This document shows positions 26,410 through 33,794 of a stretch of 45,139 bases of DNA, one piece after another. This stretch comes from an uncultured bacterium (GTDB lineage: Bacteria; Desulfobacterota; B13-G15). Numbering within the stretch: position 1 is the stretch's first letter; every line of letters begins with the position of its first letter. The notes beneath the pieces are model-generated. The model did no database searches, had not been told where the DNA came from, and was given only the letters and a program-made list of their open reading frames with translations. The stretch lies in NCBI GenBank assembly GCA_965552155.1, contig CBEVRB010000001.1:1-45139 (forward strand), given 5' to 3'. Position numbers and translations under genes: made by a program.

Positions 26410-27502
26410 ATGGAGGAACTGAAGGAAAGGCTTGCAGCCCTCAGAGAGCGTCTATCCCTGCTGGGAGGGCGTCTTTGACGTAGAGGGAAAGAGGAAGCGT
26501 AAAGAGGAGATAGAGAAGAAGGAAGCCCTTCCCTCTTTCTGGCAGGACCCCCAGAAAGCCCGTTCCCTCCTCAAGGAAAAGGGAAGCATGGAGAAAGTGC
26601 TCGAGAGGTGGGATCACCTCCAGCAGGAGCTGGAGGAGGTGGAGATCCTCATAGAGATAGCCGAGGAGGAGGATGAGGGGGAGGGGGAGGAAGCCGCCCA
26701 GAGTCTCCAAAGGGTGGAAAAGGGGATAAGGGAGCTGGAGATTCAGGAACTCTTCGATAAGGAGAACGACCCCTCCAACGCCTTCGTGAGCATAAACGCC
26801 GGGGCAGGGGGCACCGAGGCCCAGGACTGGGCCGAGATGCTCCTGAGGATGTACCTGAGGTGGGCGGAGCGAAAGGGTTACCGTACCGATGTGGTGGATA
26901 TCTTGCCCGGGGAGGAGGCGGGGATAAAGAACGTCACCTTCCTGGTGGAGGGAGATTATGCTTACGGATACCTTAAGGCGGAGGCAGGGGTCCATCGCCT
27001 GGTGAGGATCTCCCCCTTCGATACGGGAAGGAGGCGCCATACCTCTTTTGCCTCAGTGGCGGTATTTCCTGAAACGCCGGAAGAGGTTCAAATAGAGATC
27101 AAGGAGTCAGACTTGAGGATTGACACCTTCAGGGCCTCAGGTCCTGGGGGACAGCACGTGAACAAGACCGACTCGGCAGTCCGCATCACCCATCTCCCCA
27201 CCGGGATCGTGGTTCAGTGTCAGAGCGAGCGCTCCCAGCACAAGAACAAGGCGATGGCCCTCAAGGTGCTCAAGGCTCGACTCTATGAGCTGGAGATGCA
27301 GAAGAGGGCCCAGAAGATGGAGGAGATCTACAAAAGCCAGAAGGAGATCGCCTGGGGGAGCCAGATCCGCTCCTACATCCTCCATCCCTACAAGTTGGTG
27401 AAGGACCACCGCACAGGCCTCGAGAGGGGGGATGCGGAGAGGGTCCTGGACGGAGATCTGGACCCCTTCATCGAGGCTTACATATTTCAGGCGAAGGGAT
27501 AA
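26410..27502 (+). CDS. prfB: Peptide chain release factor 2, expressed through a programmed +1 frameshift (26410..26475 joined to 26477..27502)
   Basis: Frame 0 reads MEELKERLAALRERLSLLGGRL and then an in-frame TGA. The +1 frame continues DVEGKRKR... and carries the RF2-specific SPF motif (RISPFD) and GGQ (GPGGQHVN). The track ORF at 26432 lacks the true N-terminus. Confidence 0.9.
26463..26479 (+). other. RF2 autoregulatory +1 frameshift site (SD-like GGGAGGG, 3-nt spacer, CTT TGA C)
   Basis: The sequence GGGAGGG-CGT-CTT-TGA-C has the same architecture as the E. coli prfB site (AGGGGG-TAT-CTT-TGA-C). Confidence 0.85.
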
Positions 27503-27504
27503 AG

Positions 27505-27532
27505 TTGCACCTTCCCGGGGGGATGATATAAT
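27505..27532 (+). promoter_or_regulatory. Sigma70-type promoter (TTGCAC, 16-nt spacer, TATAAT)
   Basis: Near-consensus hexamers at a 16-nt spacing in the 58-nt gap after prfB, about 30 nt upstream of the ATG at 27561. Confidence 0.6.
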
Positions 27533-27560
27533 TTAAGTTAGAAAGGCGGGTGGAACCGAG

Positions 27561-28115
27561 ATGGAGGTCAGGAGGTCCACCCAGAAGCTACAGAAGCTTA
27601 AGGAGTTCTTCGACTGGGCCACTCGCAGGAGTTTCTGGGACCTTAATATCCGCAACAGGAAGGTCATAGAGTACATCTCCGATCTCCTCACCTTCTTTGC
27701 CTCCACGGAGAACCTTTACCGGATAAGGAACCAGAAAGGGGAACGGCTCTTCACCATCGTGGAGATGCTCCTTGAGGCCAACGAGGTGGCCCTTAAGGGA
27801 GGAAGTATCCTGCGGGAGAGGGAGATAAGGAAGCATGTGGGAGATTATGTCCTCTTCATGACCGGGATGTTCCGGGAGTACGTGAATCGCCTCTCCCTCA
27901 CCTCCTATTACCTCCATGAGGGGGCGCGGGCTTATTGGTCGGTGAGTCAGATCGACCACGCCCTCTTCCGCCCAGGGGCTGACCTCTTCCAAGAGCTCTC
28001 CTCTCGCTTCGAGTTCTACGTGGGGGCCCTCAACTACATGAGGACCCTCTTCTTCCGCGACAGGGAAGGGAAGGACCCGGAGAGCTTCCATTCCGAGCTT
28101 TACAGGATAATTTAG
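27561..28115 (+). CDS. Hypothetical protein (184 aa, predicted soluble, mainly helical)
   Basis: Coding-like composition, its own promoter, and the SD GAAAGGCGGGTGGA upstream. I recognise no family. Confidence 0.6.
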   Translation: MEVRRSTQKLQKLKEFFDWATRRSFWDLNIRNRKVIEYISDLLTFFASTENLYRIRNQKGERLFTIVEMLLEANEVALKGGSILREREIRKHVGDYVLFMTGMFREYVNRLSLTSYYLHEGARAYWSVSQIDHALFRPGADLFQELSSRFEFYVGALNYMRTLFFRDREGKDPESFHSELYRII

Positions 28116-28135
28116 GATAAAGGAGGTGATGGTAG

Positions 28136-28303
28136 ATGCCCACCTATGAGTTCTACTGTCCCAAATGCAAGGAGGAGTTCTCCCTTACCTTAAGCCTTAA
28201 GGAATATGAGACAAAGGATTACCGCTGCCCCAAGTGCGGGGAGAAGGAAGGGTTAAAACAGCAGGTGACCCCCTTCATGACGAAGACCTCCAAAAAAAGC
28301 TAA
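28136..28303 (+). CDS. FmdB-family zinc-ribbon protein (CxxC...CxxC), 55 aa
   Basis: MPTYEFYCPKCKEEF...YRCPKCGEKEG matches the N-terminal pattern of the FmdB/CxxC_CxxC_SSSS family. The AGGAGG SD lies 9 nt upstream. It is too short to appear in the ORF track. Confidence 0.7.
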   Translation: MPTYEFYCPKCKEEFSLTLSLKEYETKDYRCPKCGEKEGLKQQVTPFMTKTSKKS

Positions 28304-28332
28304 CAGAAGCCTCCCCTTTGCGCTCCCTTTAC

Positions 28333-28354
28333 GGGCCCAGAGAGGCCCTTTTTT
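28333..28354 (+). terminator. Rho-independent terminator (GGGCC-cagaga-GGCCC followed by T6)
   Basis: A 5-bp GC stem followed by TTTTTTA, 30 nt after the zinc-ribbon stop. The T-run overlaps the stop codon of the convergent tautomerase gene. Confidence 0.55.
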
Positions 28355-28541
28355 ATTCCCTTTCGCTCAGCAGCTGTCCTGCGGTAGCGAGGTTTTCCCT
28401 CGGATGATCTACTATGATTATCCGAACGTCCTCGGCCTTCACCCCGGCCACCCGCACCAGGGTATCGGTTATCTCCTGCGCGATCTTCCGTTTCTGCTCC
28501 ACAGTCCTGCCTTCGATCATGTCTATCCTGACGACGGACAT
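28353..28541 (-). CDS. 4-oxalocrotonate tautomerase family protein lacking the N-terminal Pro
   Basis: MSVVRIDMIEGRTVEQKRKIAQEITDTLVRVAGVKAEDVRIIIVDHP matches the 4-OT beta-alpha-beta unit (canonical MPxxxxxxxxGRTxEQK). The AAGGAGG SD lies 7 nt upstream of the ATG. Confidence 0.8.
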   Translation of the reverse strand: MSVVRIDMIEGRTVEQKRKIAQEITDTLVRVAGVKAEDVRIIIVDHPRENLATAGQLLSERE

Positions 28542-28555
28542 CCCCCAGCCTCCTT

Positions 28556-29254
28556 TCAGACGAGGAGATACTTCTTTCTCACCTCCTCGTTCTCCCTCAG
28601 GTCCTGGATGGTCCCGTGGTAGCGGATCTGTCCGTTATCGATGATGTATCCACGATCGCTGATCCTCAAGGCCGATCTCACGTTCTGCTCGGCCAGAAGG
28701 ACAGTCAGCCCCGCTTCCTTCAGCCTCAGGATCTGTTCCTCCAGGGCTTGCACCAAGACTGGGGCCAGCCCCTCCATAGGTTCATCAAGCAACAACAGCT
28801 CCGGATTTGTCATGAGGGCCCTGGCGATGGCCAGCATCTTCTGCTCGCCCCCACTCAGGCATCCTCCCCTCCGGTCCCTGATCTCCTTCAGGGCCGGAAA
28901 GAGTTCATAGACCCTTTCCCTGCTCCATCCATCGCCGTCCCTTCGGCGCTCGGCTATCTCCAGGTTCTCCTCCACCGTTAGGTCAGCGAAGATCCGCCGG
29001 TCATCAGGCACATAGCCTATCCCCTTCCGGGCTATCCGGTAGGGCTCAAGCCCCGTTATCTCCTCCCCCTTGAAGATGATCCGCCCCTCACGGGGCGGCA
29101 CCAGCCCCGCGATGCTCTTCATGGTGGTGGTCTTCCCCGCCCCGTTCCTCCCTAAGAGACAGACCACCTCCCCCCGCTCCACTTTAAGCGACACACCGAA
29201 AAGTATGTGGCTCAGCCCGTAATAGGTATGAATTCCATTCACCTCGAGCATCAC
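28556..29254 (-). CDS. livF: Branched-chain amino acid ABC transporter ATP-binding protein LivF-type
   Basis: GRNGAGKTT, LSGGEQKMLAIARAL and LLLLDEP motifs, with the characteristic LivF C-terminus. Confidence 0.88.
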   Translation of the reverse strand: MMLEVNGIHTYYGLSHILFGVSLKVERGEVVCLLGRNGAGKTTTMKSIAGLVPPREGRIIFKGEEITGLEPYRIARKGIGYVPDDRRIFADLTVEENLEIAERRRDGDGWSRERVYELFPALKEIRDRRGGCLSGGEQKMLAIARALMTNPELLLLDEPMEGLAPVLVQALEEQILRLKEAGLTVLLAEQNVRSALRISDRGYIIDNGQIRYHGTIQDLRENEEVRKKYLLV

Positions 29255-29985
29255 TCTTCTCCCAGGTAGGCCTCCTGAACCTCTTTGTTCGCCCGCACCT
29301 CCCCTGGAGGGGCCTGGATCAGGGTCCGCCCCTGGTGCATGACCATGATGCTGTTGGCTATAGAGAAAACTATCTCCATATCGTGTTCGCAGAAGAGGAT
29401 GGTCAGATCCCTGGTCTCTGCGAGGCGCCTTATCAGCTCGATGGTCGAGGCCGTCTCCTCTGGCGACATCCCCGCGGTGGGCTCGTCCAGGATCAGAAGC
29501 TCCGGCTCGTTCCCAAGAGCGATGGCGATCTCCAATACTTTCTGGTCCCCGTGAGAGAGGGTGCCGGCGATCTCCGAGGCCTTGTCCTCGAGGCCCACCG
29601 CTTCAAGGAGCTCCATCGTCTCCCTGACGGCCATCCTGCGGGCCGTCTCCAGCAACCGGGAGCTCTTGCCCCTGTGGGAGAGGACCGCCACTTGAACGTT
29701 CTCGAAGACGGTGAGACGATGAAAGATGTTCACGATCTGGAAGGATCGGGCGATCCCCTTCTTGCAGATCTTATAGGGGGGGAGGCCCGTAATATCCTCC
29801 CCCTTGAAGACGATCCGCCCTCCGTCGGGCTTAAGCTGCCCGGTGATCAGGTTGAACAGCGTGGTCTTCCCCGCACCATTGGGACCGATCACCGCCACGA
29901 TCTCTCCCCTCTCCACCACCAGGTTCGCCCTGTCCACCGCCTTGAAATCACCGAAGGATTTCTCCACCGCCTCGACCTTGAGCAT
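29251..29985 (-). CDS. livG: Branched-chain amino acid ABC transporter ATP-binding protein LivG-type
   Basis: GPNGAGKTTLFN, LSHGDQKVLEIAIAL and LLILDEPTAGM motifs. Confidence 0.88.
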   Translation of the reverse strand: MLKVEAVEKSFGDFKAVDRANLVVERGEIVAVIGPNGAGKTTLFNLITGQLKPDGGRIVFKGEDITGLPPYKICKKGIARSFQIVNIFHRLTVFENVQVAVLSHRGKSSRLLETARRMAVRETMELLEAVGLEDKASEIAGTLSHGDQKVLEIAIALGNEPELLILDEPTAGMSPEETASTIELIRRLAETRDLTILFCEHDMEIVFSIANSIMVMHQGRTLIQAPPGEVRANKEVQEAYLGEE

Positions 29986-30941
29986 TACCCTTCGCCTCCC
30001 CTTGCCAGTTCTCTCTTCCCTGGACCGAGTTTCTCCAAGACGAATCCCATCACCCCTTCAGGCAGGAAGAAGATGAGGAAGATCAGGATGACTCCGAGGA
30101 TGAGGGTCCAGTACTCGGTGTAGATGCCGACGAAGGTCCTCAGGGAGACGATGATGGCCGCCCCGAGGATGGGCCCCGCGAAGGTGAACCATCCCCCCAG
30201 CAGGCACATGATGAAGATCTCAAGAGACAGCACCCAGAAAAGAAGGTCGGGAAAGACGGAGCCCTCCAGTACCACGAAGAGCACCCCTGCCACCCCTGCG
30301 AAGAAGGTGGCGATGACGATGGCGGCCAACTGATGACGCCTCACGTTGACCCCCACCGCCTCACAGCGCTCAGGGTTATCCCTTATAGCCTGCAGGGTAC
30401 GCCCAAAGGGGGAGTTGACGATGCGGTAAAGCAGATAGAGGGAAACGATGAGCACCGCCAGGATGAAGTAATAGGAGCTCTTCAAAGAGGAGATGAAGTC
30501 CGGCATCGGGATCCCGTGGATGCCGTCATCCCCCCCTGTGAAGCTGTACCAGCGGAAGACGATGGCCCAGATCAGGGACCCCAGCGATATCTGGAGCATC
30601 CCGAAGTAGAGCCGTGTGAGCCTCACGCAGAATCCACCGATCAAAAGTCCCGTTATCGCCGCCGCCACAGGGCCCGCCGCGAAGGCCACCCAGGCCGGAA
30701 GCTTCGTCTTGGTGAGGATGAGGGCCACGGTGTAGGCGCTCACCCCGTAAAAGACCCCGTGGTGGAACTGGAACATTCCCCCGTAACCCACGGTGATGTT
30801 CAGGCTCATGGCGAGGAGGGCCGTCACGAAGATCAGGGCAATGATGTAGGTGTAAAAACGGGGCAGTACAAAGGGCAAAAGGAGCAGTACCCCAACGATT
30901 ACTGCCACCGAAGGCCATTGCCATTTACCTCTCCACTGCAA
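29985..30941 (-). CDS. livM: Branched-chain amino acid ABC transporter permease LivM-type
   Basis: Polytopic membrane protein of the LivH/LivM family, located between livH and livG. Confidence 0.85.
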   Translation of the reverse strand: MQWRGKWQWPSVAVIVGVLLLLPFVLPRFYTYIIALIFVTALLAMSLNITVGYGGMFQFHHGVFYGVSAYTVALILTKTKLPAWVAFAAGPVAAAITGLLIGGFCVRLTRLYFGMLQISLGSLIWAIVFRWYSFTGGDDGIHGIPMPDFISSLKSSYYFILAVLIVSLYLLYRIVNSPFGRTLQAIRDNPERCEAVGVNVRRHQLAAIVIATFFAGVAGVLFVVLEGSVFPDLLFWVLSLEIFIMCLLGGWFTFAGPILGAAIIVSLRTFVGIYTEYWTLILGVILIFLIFFLPEGVMGFVLEKLGPGKRELARGGEG

Positions 30942-30955
30942 GGCTCAGATACTCC

Positions 30956-31840
30956 TTACCAAACTGACTTGAGCAACCCTCTGGGCTTCAGCAGTAGCAC
31001 GGTCACCACCGCTGCGTAGGGGAAGACGATGGCGAACTGGGGCCAGAGGAGCACGCCGAAGGCCTGGGTCACCCCGAAGATCAGCGACCCCACCAGGGCC
31101 CCCCACATGTTGCCGAGGCCGCCAATGGTGACTATGAGGAATGCTTCGATGATGATGTCGTGGTCCATCCCCAGGGTGATGCTTACCGTGGGGGCGACCA
31201 GCGCCCCCCCAATCCCTGCGAGATAGCATCCCAGGACGAAGGCCGCCGCAAAGACCCAGCTCACATTGATCCCCAGGGCCCCCACCATCTCCCGATCCAC
31301 CGCCGCAGCGCGGCAGATCTTCCCCATTTTTGTCCGGTTGGTGAAGAGCCAGAGGAAGACCGCCACCAAAGGACCCACCACCAGGAGAAAGAGGTTGTAC
31401 TTTGGGAATGCCGAGCCAAAGATCGAGACCGAACCTTTGAGTCCGCCAGGGGGCATGATGGAGCTGTACTCCGGCCCCCAGACCATCTTTACCAGGTCCC
31501 CCAAAATCAGCATCAGGGCGAAGGTGAAGAGCAGGAGCATCAGGTGTTCCCTCTCGTAGAGGTGGCAGAAGAGGACCCTCTCGGCCACGAAGCCCACCAG
31601 GGCCACCACCAGAGGGGCCAGGAGCAACGCGAACCAGAAGCCTGTGGAGCCCATTCCAAAATAGGTATAGATGCTGAAGGCGGAGAAGGCCCCGATCATG
31701 TAAAGCGATCCATGGGCCACATTGGGTACCCGTAGCACCCCCAGGATGAAGCTCATGCCCGCCGAGACGATGAAGAGGATCATCGAACGGCTGAGGCCGA
31801 CCAGCAACTGGGTACATAAGGATGCTGCATCAAGGCTCAT
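30956..31840 (-). CDS. livH: Branched-chain amino acid ABC transporter permease LivH-type
   Basis: Polytopic permease of the LivH/LivM family. Its length and position are typical of LivH. Confidence 0.85.
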   Translation of the reverse strand: MSLDAASLCTQLLVGLSRSMILFIVSAGMSFILGVLRVPNVAHGSLYMIGAFSAFSIYTYFGMGSTGFWFALLLAPLVVALVGFVAERVLFCHLYEREHLMLLLFTFALMLILGDLVKMVWGPEYSSIMPPGGLKGSVSIFGSAFPKYNLFLLVVGPLVAVFLWLFTNRTKMGKICRAAAVDREMVGALGINVSWVFAAAFVLGCYLAGIGGALVAPTVSITLGMDHDIIIEAFLIVTIGGLGNMWGALVGSLIFGVTQAFGVLLWPQFAIVFPYAAVVTVLLLKPRGLLKSVW

Positions 31841-31873
31841 CGTCTTTCGTCTCCAGGTTCAGGACAAGGGAAA

Positions 31874-31902
31874 GGGGGCGGGAACCTTGGTTCCCACCCC
31901 CC
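31874..31902 (-). other. Intercistronic GC-rich stem-loop between livK and livH
   Basis: GGGGGCGGGAACC / GGTTCCCACCCCC form a 13-bp inverted repeat with one G-U position and a minimal loop, starting 12 nt after the livK stop. No U-tract follows. Confidence 0.6.
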
Positions 31903-31913
31903 TCAGCATCCTG

Positions 31914-33146
31914 CTACTTCTTTACCTTAGCCCTGAGGGCCATTATCTCTTCACAGGAGGGCATGATCTCAGGACCCGGAAGGGTCACGATGTCCGATGA
32001 GATCAGGAAGTTGTATTTAGGAGATTTCTTGGTCACGCCGAGGAACATGGGCTCCACCACCTGATGATCGCACGCCCGCATCTCGATCTCCCCCACCGGG
32101 CTCATGATTTTCAAACCCTCCATGGCGTCGATGAACTTCTCGATATCCACCTCCCCGGCCTTCCTGTAGGCGGCGGCGATGAAATGGGCGGTGTTCCAGC
32201 CATGGAAGGCGGGGAATCCAGGGGGTTCACCGTAGGCCGCCCTGAAGGCCTCCACAAAGGCCCTGTTCTCAGGGGTGTCGGGATAATAGAAATGGTAGTC
32301 CATGGTGCCCATCACCCCTTCGGGGGCCTCCGGTCCCAGGGGCTTGAGAGACGCGTGATCGGTGGCCGTGTGGATGCAGATGGCCACCTTCTTGGCCATA
32401 CCTGTGGCCTTTATGGCCTTGAGCACGTTGGTCATGCTTCGGCCGCCGGTGCAGAAGATCACCGCGTCGGGCTTGGCGGACATGATGGCTGTAAGGTAAG
32501 GAATCAGGTCGGGCTCGCCCACCTTCCACCAGGACTCGCCCACCTTCTTCACCTCGGGCTTGAGCTTCTTCAGGTTCCGCCAGGCGGCCCTGCCTATGGC
32601 GTGGCCGTACTCGTAGTCGTCACCGGCGATCCAGTACTTGACGTAGGGCTTCTTGGAAAGGCCGACCGCCATGGCCTTACCCGCCATGGCCGTATTCTCA
32701 CTGGTGCAGAAGACATACCGGTGACCCAGCTCCCCGGTGATCCTCTCGCTCTTGGAGATCCAGACGATGAAGGGGACCTTCTCCTTGCGGGCGAGGTCCG
32801 ACACCGCCAGGGCCACGGAGCTCGAGATGGTCCCGACCAGCAGGTCGACCCTCTCCCTCATTATCAGCTCCTTCGCCATGCTCAGACCGATGTCCACCTT
32901 GAACTTGGTGTCACGGGTGGTGAAGACGATCTTCCGCCCCAGGACCCCCTTCTTGTTGATCTCTTTTAAGGCCAGCTTGAAGCCATTAAGGGCATCCTTG
33001 GCGTAGACCGCCGGCGGACCACTGTAACAGTCGATGATCCCCACCTTGATCACCTTGCCCCCTGCCCAGGCAGCAGGGGCCAAGGCCAGAAGGGAAGCGA
33101 TAAGGACTGAAAAGACCAACAAAAAACCCCTCCCTCTGTACCTCAT
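31914..33146 (-). CDS. livK: ABC transporter periplasmic amino-acid-binding protein (LivK/LivJ family)
   Basis: Signal peptide ending AWAGG, then IKVGIIDCYSGP... type I periplasmic binding fold. First gene of the liv operon. Confidence 0.85.
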   Translation of the reverse strand: MRYRGRGFLLVFSVLIASLLALAPAAWAGGKVIKVGIIDCYSGPPAVYAKDALNGFKLALKEINKKGVLGRKIVFTTRDTKFKVDIGLSMAKELIMRERVDLLVGTISSSVALAVSDLARKEKVPFIVWISKSERITGELGHRYVFCTSENTAMAGKAMAVGLSKKPYVKYWIAGDDYEYGHAIGRAAWRNLKKLKPEVKKVGESWWKVGEPDLIPYLTAIMSAKPDAVIFCTGGRSMTNVLKAIKATGMAKKVAICIHTATDHASLKPLGPEAPEGVMGTMDYHFYYPDTPENRAFVEAFRAAYGEPPGFPAFHGWNTAHFIAAAYRKAGEVDIEKFIDAMEGLKIMSPVGEIEMRACDHQVVEPMFLGVTKKSPKYNFLISSDIVTLPGPEIMPSCEEIMALRAKVKK

Positions 33147-33171
33147 GGCTCACCTCCTAAAGGGAATATCT

Positions 33172-33198
33172 AAGGAGGGAACTCAGATCCCCCTCCTT
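33172..33198 (-). promoter_or_regulatory. 5'UTR hairpin pairing an SD-like element (AAGGAGGG) with an anti-SD-like element (CCCUCCUU) upstream of livK
   Basis: A perfect 8-bp inverted repeat with an 11-nt loop, between the predicted promoter and the true SD (UAGGAGGUG) of livK. Confidence 0.45.
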
Positions 33199-33212
33199 CA
33201 ATACCAAACCGT

Positions 33213-33241
33213 ATTTTATTTGATCCCACATCCTTTTGCAA
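33213..33241 (-). promoter_or_regulatory. Sigma70-type promoter of the liv operon (TTGCAA, 17-nt spacer, TAAAAT)
   Basis: The - strand reads TTGCAA-aaggatgtgggatcaaa-TAAAAT, about 65 nt upstream of the livK ATG, in an AT-rich gap. Confidence 0.55.
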
Positions 33242-33272
33242 CATCTTTCCTTCAGGGGAGGTGAAGGATTCA

Positions 33273-33794
33273 TCATCTGAAGGACGATATCCCCCTCTCT
33301 ATCGCCTTAAGGTTGACTTCCTTGAAGGCCGGAGGGCTCAGGGATGAAACGACCTCCTTCAGTTCCCCTTCCGAGAAGGGAAGGGCTCCTGCAGAGATAG
33401 CGAAGCCGAGCAGAGCCAGATTTGCCACCCGGGGATTATCGAGCTCTGAGGCGATCCTGTCGGAATCCACCCTGTACACCTTCACCCCTTCCAGAGGCGG
33501 CAACTCCCGGGCATTTATTACCGCCACTCCACCCTCCTTCAGCATGGAGAGGTTCCTGAGCCCTTCCTCCCTCTCGAGACCAAGGAGCAGATCGGCCCTT
33601 CCCCTTTTGACCAGGGGACTGTAGAATCGGCCGATCTTCAAATGGGCGAGGACTGATCCCCCCCTCTGGCTCATCCCGTGGGTCTCTGAGCCGAAGACCG
33701 CCTCGCCCCTCCGGTGGGCCATCTCGTAGATGACCCTCGAGGTGAAGAGGACCCCCTGACCTCCGACGCCGGCTATAACTATCTGTAGTTTCAT
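33273..33794 (-). CDS. iorB: Indolepyruvate:ferredoxin oxidoreductase beta subunit
   Basis: MKLQIVIAGVGGQGVLFTSRVI...ETHGMSQRGGSV is the IorB/OFOR-gamma signature. The ATG overlaps the iorA stop (ATGA). The track start at 34004 is an overlap extension. Confidence 0.85.
   Translation of the reverse strand: MKLQIVIAGVGGQGVLFTSRVIYEMAHRRGEAVFGSETHGMSQRGGSVLAHLKIGRFYSPLVKRGRADLLLGLEREEGLRNLSMLKEGGVAVINARELPPLEGVKVYRVDSDRIASELDNPRVANLALLGFAISAGALPFSEGELKEVVSSLSPPAFKEVNLKAIERGISSFR

Noticed and set aside
28129-28149. A six-codon ORF (MVDAHL) starting at ATG 28129, just before the zinc-ribbon gene.
   Set aside because: The ATG lies only 2 nt from the AGGAGG SD. ATG 28136 has ideal 9-nt spacing and opens the recognisable FmdB-type protein.
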